NCBI GenBank assembly: GCA_009103225.1
Contig: RHPI01000797.1
Coordinates: 247,064-311,063 of the forward strand
DNA from: Chlorokybus atmophyticus
Taxonomy: Eukaryota; Plantae; Mesostigma and Chlorokybus algae
Length of the DNA stretch: 64,000 bases
Reading direction: 5' to 3'
The notes beneath the pieces were generated by a model, which was given only the letters and a program-made list of their open reading frames with translations, was not told the origin of the DNA and searched no databases. Shown here piece after piece: positions 1 to 12,000 of the stretch. The stretch's first letter is position 1; each line of letters opens with the position of its first letter. The translations under genes were made by a program, and so were the position numbers.

Positions 1-38
1 GATTGAACACGTGTTTTCTTGCATGCACTCATTTGTAG

Positions 39-2277
39 GACACCCTGGTCTTAGCGCCTATTTGAGGTCAAACACATAAAAAGTAGCAAGTACACTACGC
101 GTGCATGCACGTACACGCACACACGCCTATGCACACACCTATGCATCTTACCCACCCACCCACCCACCTACTCTTTGCCTCTCAGAGTGGCCCACTGCAG
201 CAGCAACACCCACAGCAACACCAACACCCACAGTGGTAGCAATCGGCGGCAGCGCGTTGTGGGAGTGATCCCCGCTCGCTACGACTCCTCGCGCTTCCCC
301 GGCAAGCCCCTTGTCCCCATCCTTGGCAAACCCATGATACAGGTTTGATTGAATCAGTGCCATGCTTGTTGGCTCATGAAGAGTCTGTCGTTGAGTGTGT
401 CCTTTCGTGCTGAGGGTGTTGTGTGTTGCTGCAGCGCACTTGGGAGCAGGCCAAGCAAGCAAAAACCCTCAACGCTGTTGGTAAGACTGCACTTGCACTT
501 CATGAGATGCATGAAGTACGAGAGACTTGCTTGCTTCCTGCTTATGCTTGCAATGCCTTGCATGCAACAAACACATATTGCATTATCATCCCACCAACTC
601 TTCCCGATTTCTTACCCACGTTGCGCGCTCAACATGTTGTTCTGCTGCTCCATAGTTGTGGCAACGGACGACGAGCGCATTGCCGAATGCTGCCGGAAGT
701 TTGGCGCCGATGTGGTCATGACGTCTTACGACTGTCCCAACGGTAAACTTACCTCTCTGAGGAGTGTTGTTTTGTTAATAATTGATGTACACCCATAGCC
801 ACAACACACAGTGTACCCGGTGCACACACTGCTGCACGTTTGTTACACAGCCACCACAGTATGTACCAACTGGTTACACAGTTACAGCGATATGCAACAT
901 CATGTGTGCATCACCAGCACAATCTGCATGTCTTCCACAGGAGTGTGTTTATCCAACTTGCACCGAAGTTGTTATAGTGTGTGTGCAAGTTGGGTAAACA
1001 CACCAGCGGCAGTGCAGTAGCAGATTACGAAGGTCATGTTGGCTTGCATGTGCAGGCACAGAGCGCTGCAACGAGGCCCTGATGAAGCTTCCAGAACATT
1101 ACGACATTGCAGTCAACATTCAGGTCAGCCAACATTGCAATTACCTTCTACCATATTGTACCCCATATCGTCACATGGACGAGACTCACATTTCATATGC
1201 TGTTGAAGGGTGATGAGCCTCTGATTGAGCCTGAAATCATAGACGAGGTGGTGAAAGCCCTGCAGGTGAGGACATAATGATGTTTCTCAGTGCATGTCCA
1301 TGCTCCTTATGCCCTTCATATGTTGATGATATCAGAAAGGTGCATTGATGCCACATGGTTTGCGTGTGCGTGCATGTTAATGCGTTTGTGTGTGCAGGAG
1401 AGTCCGGATGCGATATACAGCACGGCGTGCACGTCACTCAAGGCGTCAGAGGTTGCAGACCGCAACCGCGTCAAGTGCATCCTTGACAACAACGGCTACG
1501 CCATCTACTTCTCGCGCGGCATGCTCCCCCACAACAAGTGCGCTTCCCTCTCACACTCCCACTCATAATCAATAATTGTTACTTGCCCACAACAAGTGTC
1601 AACGATTGAATGCTCTGGTTTGCTACATCTGCGCATGCGAGTCCACTTGTCACAAGGGTTATTCGTGATACATGTCAAGCCTGAGTCCAATTCAAATACA
1701 GGCACACTGCATGTTATGAACGCTTACATATGACTTGGCCACCATGGCTTGCTCCCCCCCATGTTCAACGTTGTATCCTCTCTGCATCTGAGCAAGTCTC
1801 ACAGTTATGTATGACATTGACATCAGTCGACTGACTCGTAGGAATGGCGTACCGGACAAGAAGTTCCCTTACCTGCTGCATTTGGGTCTGCAAGTGAGTG
1901 CATGTCTTCTTTCACCAACATGTATGATTCGCTTGCAGAGTGCTTCTTGCTGATGCCAACCTTCGCGCAGTGTTATGACACCTCCTTCCTGGCAAAGTAT
2001 CCCAAGATGCCGGCCACTCCCCTCCAAATGCAAGAGGACTTGGAGCAGCTTAAAGTGCTTGAAAACGGGTACAAGATCAAGGTGAGAGTTACACCAGCAT
2101 GGCTGATTAGAATTGTGTGCCAATCATGGTGCTGCATGACACCCTGCACATGGGTGATGATTGTGTGCTGACCTTCGCTGACAGGTTGTGAAGGTGGACC
2201 ACTCGGCTCATGGTGTAGATTGCCCAGCTGATGTCCAAAGCATAGAGGCAATCATGAAGGCGAAGGGCTTACATTAG
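39..2277 (+). CDS. KDSB: 3-deoxy-manno-octulosonate cytidylyltransferase (CMP-Kdo synthetase), multi-exon, 5' end probably upstream of the window
   Basis: Spliced exons give [129 protein letters not shown] and HGVDCPAD. Stop TAG at 2275-2277. No in-frame ATG was found near the start. Confidence 0.92.
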
Positions 2278-2554
2278 GTATGCGTTTATTGCTGGTTTAG
2301 AACCAAGGATGTACTGTAATGTTTTAGGATGTTGAAAAATATTGACACGAGTGGTTTCATAACCACACTTGTAACCAATGTTATTAAGTTGGACGGGTCA
2401 GTTGTAAGCAATGTACAATATCCCATGCATACATTACCTTCTGACAACTTCCTTGTTGTTAACATATTCCAGACCAGACGTGTAAATCGTAGATAATCAC
2501 CCTTCAAGGTTGAACCTCACTTGAGGCAACTTATATGCCATTCCAATACGCGCG

Positions 2555-2708
2555 NNNNNNNNNNNNNNNNNNNNNNNNNNNNNNNNNNNNNNNNNNNNNN
2601 NNNNNNNNNNNNNNNNNNNNNNNNNNNNNNNNNNNNNNNNNNNNNNNNNNNNNNNNNNNNNNNNNNNNNNNNNNNNNNNNNNNNNNNNNNNNNNNNNNNN
2701 NNNNNNNN
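2555..2708. other. Assembly gap (N run) with a G-rich right flank
   Basis: Run of n in the sequence. Confidence 0.99.
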
Positions 2709-4250
2709 GGGGGGAGGGGGCATGGGTTATATAGTTGTATATGACTATGATCTCATAACATCTCCAAGATTGGTATTATTTTCTTCGCTATATTTTGTGG
2801 CTCTCACACATATACGGTAAGGTAGGACATGCAAGATAATATTAATACTACATGCACATGGAGCAAATAGAGCAAACGGAAAGCAAGGCGGACGGAAATT
2901 TTACCGCGGGGTAAAGCTACAAAAAGGTATAGCTTTAGATTGTAACCTAACTACGCCTACACCATTGCACTACTCTAGGTGCGTGTCATGTAATGCAATG
3001 GACCACCACCTCAACCTTGATGGCCTTGTTGCGTGGCGTGCGACGGCGCTCAACACCCTTCTTTCCTTGATTGTAACCATGTGATTTGTATGTTTACAGC
3101 ACCCCGATCCAGTGGCATTCGCATTTCCTACCTTTCTTGTGCCACTCGGCATCAATCATACCTGCGTAATCAACAACCTCAATGGCAATACACCTCAATT
3201 GTATATGCTCGTGTGGTGCATTGCTTTGTCGAGAGGGCTGGCATTCGGTGTTGAGATGCATAGTGCTACTGAAACCGCTTAAAAGCGTTGTGTTGGTTGT
3301 CCAACATATGCCTTCTTTGTGCCCGACAAATGGTAGATATAATATATCACATATGTAATGGGAAGGGGATTGCGCAGTCCCATGCATGCGTGCAACGTCG
3401 GTTGGCAATTGTTCTGGCCTCTTTTTGCCAATCTTCACAAGAACAAAACTCCTATTCTACTCATCATAAGTAGGTTGAGGTGGTAGTGGGCTCGACACAC
3501 ATATTGCTTGATTGAAATTAGATCCTTATCAGGCATGTCTGTTGGCGCATGCAAAAGTATTCTACAAATGATGCAGTAACCCAGCCTCCCAACCACCAAA
3601 TATACGAAGCAGACAATACTTGTTCACCAACACAATGTATGTCAACATAATTTTATCACAAAATGTTCATAATGTGCGATGTGAAGCATAAAATGTGAAT
3701 TGCAGTCTCCGTACGATATAAAGCTCACATATGGCGACGCTACACTTTGATTATTATTTTATTATTAACTTAATCGTGAGATTGGTCAGAGATGTTCAAG
3801 GTTTAAATCACAAAAAGATGCATGTCGAATGATTGAATATGTTTATCCGTGAGTGGATATATTACGGATGAGTATGTCAGGCGTTGTCAGCCGTAGTGGA
3901 CAAAATGTAATAATCATCATGACATAAAGACTATCAGAGTGTTGCTTTTTTTACATGTGCTATAAGCAAATAATGATGCAATGTTATACACAACCTGAAT
4001 ACATAGTGTACATCATGATCAGTATTGATTGCATTTAATACTGTACCACACTACACTTGCATGCAAGTCGTGTGTTATTGTTTACCGGTAGTACTTTGTC
4101 TACCCTATCTATGAATCTATGTCCACATCATACAAATTGTAGGCGACAATACACCAAACTTCGGGCTTCCCCTGCTCCCTTTTCTTCCCATTGTCTGCTT
4201 CCCTTCCCTTCCGGGACATAAACGGAAGTTCCACCGCCGCCGCTGCGGCA

Positions 4251-7200
4251 ATGGCGGCGATGGCAACGGCGTCGTTGTCGGCGACGGCGGCTTCGTCGTT
4301 AGGATCAATTAGTATTAGGCAGCCTCTTGTCAACCCCTTTCGCAGCCGGTTGGCGTTGCTCAGGTTGTGGGGCGGGAGAGGGAAGCTTGACGGCAGGCCC
4401 AGTAGGACTGCGGGTAAGCTACTGGGCTGACTACTATGCCGTGTTTGCATGTTGACCGTGATAAGGGTCAAAGTTCAGGAACATCCATTCAACGCAATCA
4501 GGCACAGTTGGTGTGATGTACATGCTGGTACGCGCAAGGCATTAGCACAGTCATTGGTTTCTTGGCTAGGTGCTGGATGTTTGATTGTGTTTTCTGTTTG
4601 ACTTGGGTGTCGGTCGTTGTGAGCCTGGTGGTGTCTATTGTTTTCTATTGCAAGCCGCTAGCTGACACTAACCTGATCTGTAGTCCTTGCTCTGGCACTC
4701 GTTCTCAGCTGTCATCACAGCTTGCACTTATATTATATGTATGCTTATCCCAGGCTTTTGATCAGTCGTCTTTCCAAGTGCCATGCAACCATAATTTTAA
4801 GCATCCTCAAGCGGTGGTCGATACCTTCACTCACTCACACAAGCATTCATTCGGTCACTCATCTCACTATAGGTAGCACAATACAACTTAACAAGACACC
4901 ATGACTGACAGCGCAAAGCATCAATGCCTAATTGAAGCATGCAGGCAAGCAGCTAAAGTCAGTTGTGATGGCGAAGACTTGATCTAGAGCTTGTGTTGTA
5001 AGCGCCATTCGATCAACATGGCGCATGTTAGTCTTACTTACCATTGCTGCTATCCTTTCTCAGTTGTGCATGTGCAAGCTGCTTACACCCGCAGCTCGGA
5101 CCGAAGAGACCAAAGAAGGTGAACAAGACACATCATTGTCTAGCACTTCGTACACATTGCCATGTTCACCAACTCACACTACGTGCAGGCCGAAAGAGTA
5201 TGCAGACGACAGGCCAATAAGCAAACCGCCAAGGCAAAGGCAAGACGATGACTCACACTCGAGCGCACGTTACCGCAACAACAACGATGACGATTATGAT
5301 AGAAGCAGTAGCAGCAGCAGCAGTACTGGCAGGTTCAGACCCAGTATTGACAGACACAACACCGGCGCTAGGCGTAACAACAGCATCAACGCGCCTGCGC
5401 GCGTGTTTAACGGGCTGTTAGGATCAAAATGGCGGCAGGAAGTCAAAGACATGGACTTCTACAGCGACACGAGCTTCGAGAGCATCGGTGCTTCGGAGGA
5501 GGTTATCAAGGCAATGACCGCCCTCGGCTACAGGTACTTGAAACTGACTCTCCGCATAGAATGAGCCCTAATCCTAGTAAGCTGCTAGGCGCTGCTTGTG
5601 GTGTGCGTGTTAGGGATGTGGGTTTGATTCTCTCTCTTGTTCAGTCGGCCCTCGCACATGCAGGCCCTGGCTTTTGGCCCTCTTGCACGCGGTGAATCGT
5701 GCATCCTTGCAGACCAGGTGATGCTACGACATTGTTTGGTTCACTTTGTTGACTGTGCTACACTCTGCATGCGTGCATGCGTGCGTGCGTGTGTGCGGTA
5801 CACAACTTGCACACCGCGCATGTAGTGTCTGTTTCCCCTAACACGTGTACAGGCTACCGAACCTTGCAGTTGCGCATCGTGTCTGTAGGCATACTTCATG
5901 CGTGCATGTCGTACCTTACTTATAAACACAGCAGCAAATATATCCTTTACTGGCGTGCAGGCGGGGTCGGGCAAGACGCTGGCATATTTGCTGCCGACGG
6001 TCGAGCGATTGCGTGCGAAGGAGAAGGTAGAAGGGATGGCGCCAGGCCGAAGGCCGTCTGCCATTGTGCTCACACCCACCGCTGACCTCGCCGCACAGGT
6101 GGAGGGCAATCACAGGGCTGTGATACAACTCACGCACATGCACACATGCGCGCACAATTATAGTCATAACAGCATATTGTGTTATACTGTCATTGGGCAG
6201 GTTCACTCTGTTTCGCGTGCTTTGGCTCGCACGGTGCCCTTCCGCTCACTATGCGTCACCGGCGGCTTTCCTGTAAGTGAAACAAGCAAGTTGTTGTTGT
6301 TGTTGTTATTGTTGTTGTTGTTGTTGTTGTTGTGATGGCTGTTAGATCCTTTAAAGCTGACTGGTTGCTTATCTGTTGTGCTGCATGCATGCATGTAGTT
6401 GAGAGAGCAACGCAAGAATTTGGAAGCTGGCACGGATGTTGTGATCGGCACCCCTGGCCGCCTCCTCGCCCTCGTGGACGCCGAATCCCTTCTCCTCGAC
6501 TCTGTGCAGACGTACGATTACAACACTTAGTAGCAGACACACCATGTGCTGAAGTTCATACTGTGTGGCAGTATTGTTGTGGATGAGGTGGATGTGATGC
6601 TGGACGACCCCGACTTTGCGGATGCGTTGGCGCGGGTTCGCGCGGAGTGCACGTCCGCGCAGTTCGTGTTTGTGACTGCGACGCTGACGGGGGACATGCA
6701 TGCGCGCATTGGTGAGGAGTTTGGTATCCGTGCCAACGATGATGGCAACGATGGCATCACGCGCCTCTTCGGCCCTGGCCTTCATCGCACCGCCCGAGGT
6801 CTTAAAGAGGTGTGCCTCACACACTCCAGCGCTTGCTCACTCGCTTCTGCATCCACCACACCACTCACTCATTCCTCCATTGACTCACTTGATAAACATC
6901 TCGCTCTCAGTCAGTTGTAAAATCAGTCATGGCGTCATCACTCACTTGATCACAACTTTGTGACTCACTCATTATTTGACTTGTTCACTTAGCGTGATTT
7001 GGGTGCTGGTTGGTTGGTGAACACTTGGTAATGTATCCAATGTATACAAATTGTAGGTGTTAGTGGATTGCAGTGGCGGGGACGAGCGCACGGAGGAGAG
7101 CGCGTTCCTGCGCAAGAAGGATGCGCTGCTTCGCGCACTTAAGCAAAACCCATGCCAGCGCACCATTATCTTCTGCCACAAGATCGACACCTGCCGCAAG

Positions 7201-7998
7201 GTTTGTGTGTATGTGATTGAGAGATGCGTGTTGTAGTGTCGATGCAGCGAGAGATATCGTTATTGAATGCGCCATGTGGTTCATGCGTAGCTTGAGAACA
7301 TACTCAAACGCGAAGACAGGCAAGAGCGCAAGCTAATACCATTGGCGTACCATGCAGCCATCAGGTGTGTTATGGAAGTCAACACTGTTTATGCACACGT
7401 TCACAACATGGCATGGTTTTAAAGAGATTACAGAGATTACAGAGATTACACTCTGTTGTTGTCTTGTGCTTTTCAGCCCAGAGATGAGAGCGCGCAACCT
7501 GAGTCAGTTCATGCAGCCGCCTGGGGGCGTGCCGATGGTGCTGATCTGCACGGACCGCACCTCGCGCGGGGTGGACTCGCTGGATGTCGAGCACGTTGTG
7601 CTCTTTGACTTCCCGCGAGACCCTAGGCGAGTGCCGTCGTCATTCACTGAGGCCAACTTGTCGAGTTTAATCTTGTTGTCTCTGTATTTGAACGTGATCA
7701 ATGTGTGCAGTGAGTATGTCAGGAGGGTTGGGCGTACAGCAAGGGGAGCGGGCGGCCAAGGGCTGGTCACTGCGCTTGTCCTTGGTAAACTGGTAAGCTT
7801 CCTTTGTTGCACGTGTGCTTGCTGCATGTGAACAAAGAAGCTCCCTTTATCATGCCTGACAACCGGATGCGCGTGTTGCGTGTAATTTTTGCATTGGAGC
7901 GGTAACAGTTGTTCGACATGCAGGTGCCAATGGCGCAGCAGATCATGGCAAGGAATGAAAAGGGGCTGCCTGTACATGAGGTGCCACTGGAGTTTTAG
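4251..7998 (+). CDS. RH50: Plastid-targeted DEAD-box RNA helicase, RH50-like
   Basis: Ala/Ser-rich transit-peptide-like exon 1 (MAAMATASLSATAASS). Q motif (SFESIG..RPSHMQ), motif I (ADQAGSGKTLAYL), Ia (LTPTADLAAQV), GTPGRL, DEVD, TAT, IIFC, LICTDRTSRGVD and FDFPRDPSEYVRRVGRTARG. C-terminus GLPVHEVPLEF*. Confidence 0.88.
6290..6333 (+). repeat. (GTT)n microsatellite in an RH50 intron
   Basis: About 14 GTT units with one ATT variant. Confidence 0.95.
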
Positions 7999-9046
7999 AT
8001 GAACACACAGTGCGGTGATATCATGCAGCTGATGCATCACTACTTTAGCGCGCTCATGTCAGCTAACATCACTGCCAGCACTCCGGCAACAAGTTGTGAG
8101 CGATTAGCCCGGCTGTGCTATCTCTTACGCTTTTTACCACTGGTGTGTTCAAGCCTAATTATGCCATGCTACAGGCTTGGTTGCATGCAATGCTGCCAAC
8201 AAGCAGGTTTTTTCAGTAGCTTTACTGCGCAAGCATGTATTGATTGGTTGAATTGCCACTTGCGAATTTTTCTGGCTTCTCTGAACCGGGTGCTGTTTTG
8301 CACTTGTGGTGTAAATGCTGCCTGCACGTGTGCTTGTGCACCTATGCATGATGGCATGTGTGCAGACTGTGTTCGTGTGGCTGTAACTGTGTGTGTGCGT
8401 GTATGCGTGCGTATGCTGCATGGTAAGAAGCAACGGTCGCAGTGTGGCACTGTCGCGTATATGTATATAGTAGTGAGTTTATTTCCTATTGTGTTTCCTA
8501 CTGCATTACAACCACAGATGTCACTACTGCTGTTCGTACCATTTTTAAGATGTTGGTGCACTCCGCTTGCAGCGCGAAGAGCATTGCAATGTGACTGCCA
8601 CCATGACAGTCTCATGGCCTCGCTCTCTCTCTGTAGTATAAGGACGTGCACCACACAATGTCATGGTCTTGATCCTGTGCGCTCGCACCACACGCTGCTT
8701 GAATTGTTTAACTGCTAAGCAATACAGGCGTACAGGCATCAAGTTGGGAAGGCACTGTCAGCAAAGTGCACCTTGGAATGTGTCGTCAGCCCCATCACAG
8801 GTCAGCAAGCCAGCATGTGCGCATGTGTGCAGCGCACAGTTTGGGTTGCCAGACCAAGCTGAATGTCAAGCCAGCAACCTCTGCAACTGGTACCTCACAG
8901 CAGCAACAGTTTATTCTCACATACAGAATAGCATGTGCATGTTGGGACAGGCGGTTATCAACAAATGGGTGTGGGAAGTGTTAATGTAGTCCTAAAATCA
9001 ACTAGCATCTGTTAATCTTGTGGGCACACAGTGGGCACTCTTATTA

Positions 9047-12000
9047 TCAATCCAGCTCCACACACGCCCGCATCATCCTTTTGCCGCACTTGCCGCAGCG
9101 CAGCCGCGCATTGAGCATCGCTGTCTCAGAGGCGAGCTCCACAACAACGCCGGGACTCCCGCAGTCTGCGCTTGGACAAATCCACGTCTCTCTCACCGCT
9201 ACTATCCTCATTCTGGCTTCCAAGTTGCAGCTCACGCTGGCGCCAACCTGCTCCACTTTGCTGCTCACACGCTCGGGCACGGGGTCTGTCTGTGCCCTCG
9301 CTTGGGCTGCCTTTAGAGTATCAGCCGGCCTTGCCCTTGGCACAGACATGGATGCATGCGGTTGAATGGGTGGATGTCGATCGGGTTGCGTGTCTGTTTG
9401 CCGTTGCGACTTGAGGGGTGTGCTTCCGACTACTGGCTGCTTCAATGTTGACGGCTGCGACGGTCTGTTGGCAGTGAAAGCGAAGGTTTCGCCGTACAGC
9501 GGCCTTGCAGAGCCAACGTGTGAGGTTGTGTGTGTTTTTTGCCGGCTGTCAAGCTGACCAGGCTGTGCGGGGTTGCAGGATGGCTGCTGGGACTGCATGT
9601 TGGCACCACTCGCGGAGTATTGTTGGAACTGTCGCTGTGTGTCTGCATGTAATGCCCTGCCTTGGCTTGAGCCAGCAACTGAAGCGGCGCCGGCGCCTTG
9701 CGATGGACCAACTGCGGTTGCTGTGACTGGAGAGCTGAAGGCAGGTACGGTGTCCATGGCGGCAGCATCCATGTCTGGTGTCATATGACCAGCGTGCGAA
9801 CCCTTGGGCTTCGTTTGCCGCTGCGCGTCCGCGGGCTTCTTGTCACGCTTGCGCTTTTGCACACGTGTCCCTGCGTACTCCACCTGGCATCCGGCAGATA
9901 CATCAGTCCAGTGCGAACGCAATTGAGTTCTTCAGCTGTGTGTGTAAAGAGCAGTACACTAGACCAGACTTGTGCAACACGGATACAAGTGCGCCGGCAT
10001 GTGCACACATGCATACAGGAAAAGCGGCGTGCGGCACAGCTTGAACGGCATGAACAAACTACACATCTTACAATGCCCTCTGGAAGCGGTGCTTGGTCTG
10101 GCAGCCGAGTAAGCTTAAACTCAATGCTCTGATTGGCTCCATTTTGAACGTATTGCCAGCTTGTAACTCTGTACAGTCCGGAATACATGTAGCCTTCTTG
10201 CACGCGTCGTATCAAGCGCACTGGCTGCAGCGTACCACATGATGCATCAATATAACGACACATGGCAGAACGCTTCCAACAATATCAAACTGTAAGCATA
10301 CATAAGCATACCAGTTCAAGAGCGTGGCTGTTGACCAGTGCTTGGTTGCCACCGGAGAGCGGCGCATCTTTCAGCGGCAATCCGTCTTTGTCTTGGACCT
10401 GCTGGCCCATGTAATGCACTGCAACATCAAGTGTGCACTGTTACACTTGCTTGTGAAAGTAGTGGTAAGTCAACTGTAAAAGGAACACACATGTATACCT
10501 GTTTCTCCCTCGTCCAAGTTTTTGTACTGGCCGACCATAACAATTATAGGTGACACCTTGATCCCCCCATACTCCATCATGTCAATGCCTGCTCTCGGCA
10601 TGTACTTCATGCCCACACATTGCATCTCCATAAAAGTTCTGCTCCCAAACATTGACAGTCGAGATCACACAATGGACCGAGACATGCATTGGCTGTGCAG
10701 GTATGATGCAAAAAGCCAAGCGGCATGCACTGCTCACTAACCGGAATATCATGCCGACGGGGATGCCAGGGACTTCGCCAATGCGCTTTTGTTGATTGAC
10801 CAACAGCCCCTCCGCCCGCAAAGCCTGCATGTAATGCATAAGCTATCAATAAACAACTGACCACTTCCAGTGGCCCACGATTACTGCAATTTGTAAGTTG
10901 ATACCCGTCGAGCTTCGTCATAAATAACTACGGCGGTCCATTTTTCGCGTGCGGACTTGAGCGCGACAATGCGCTCCCGATGCAGCCGCAGCACTTCTCG
11001 CACCATGTCTTCGGTTATCGGCCCTTCCGGTTCTGCGCTTGCCCTGTAGAAAGCAAAGGAACACAAGGTCAGCAGGCAGTGCGCCACAACCATACAGTCA
11101 CGCATTGCCCGAGCAACCGGCTACAGAAGTTGGTGACCCAATATGATGGGCTTGTACACAGTGCTGCAGAACCTGTTTTTCCATGGATTTAAAATATGGA
11201 CAGAATGGCGACCTAAAACACACTTCCTTCACATACACATTCTGGTACCTGACCGCTTGCGAGGTGCCAGGCGCATCGTCCACATGCTGCTCCTCTTGCT
11301 TGACTTGAGCCTGCTGTTCAAACTCTGGCTCCAGTTGCTCCGCTTCTTCATCGTTGTTGTCCTCCTCAACGTACTCCTCCTCTTCATTCTTTACCAAAAC
11401 CGCGTCCTCCTTTTCGTCCTCCTGGTCCTCTGCATCCTCCTCTTCGTCCTCCTCTGAATCCTCATCTCCGATATCCTCCTCCTGTGACTGTTCGTCTTGC
11501 TCAGACGCGCCCTCTTCCTTATCCTCATCCTCTTCCTCCTCATGATCGTCCTCGTTGTCGTTGTCGTCCTCCACCTCCTCCTCCTCCTCTGCCAGTGTAG
11601 TGTCCTCAGCATGCTGTCGGCTTGCAGAGGCTTCACCTCCAGCAACCTTCTTAATCTGCAAAATGCAATGGCAACAAGTTGGTGGCACACTCAAGTAGCC
11701 GTAATGTCTTCTTTGCAAGGAAATAGCTTACCGCAGACAGTACTTCTCGCAGGCTTTGTGGTAAAGATGCAGACAAATATGGGTCGCTGCGAGCAGAAAC
11801 ATAACACAATAAGTATATTTACTGTAAGTATGTTTACTGTTGCTTACGTCAGCCCACGCATAATAAAGAAAACAACCGCTGTATGCTGGAGACGAGCAAT
11901 CAAACTCTAGCGCTGAGAGGAGTAACAAGCGGTGCCATCAAAGACAGACACATGAGGACATCACTACGAGTTACAGAGTCATACTGTTGCTTTACCACAG

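Noticed and set aside
1528-1598. 13-nt duplication of a KDSB splice-donor sequence (CCCACAACAAGTG)
   Set aside because: Real but trivial. Using the second donor would include an in-frame stop at 1566-1568.
4415-5090. Box C/D snoRNA in the long first intron of RH50
   Set aside because: Only imperfect box C-like words (GTGATGT, GTGATGG) occur, with no terminal stem or identifiable guide.
7999-8718. 239-aa plus-strand ORF and the overlapping 161-aa minus ORF
   Set aside because: Cys/His/Val-rich translation of CA/TG-rich DNA between convergent genes, with no motifs.
11143-11910. Leu/Ser-rich plus-strand ORFs (11143-11457, 11354-11545, 11497-11910)
   Set aside because: Antisense shadows of the Glu/Asp-rich exon of the SRA gene.
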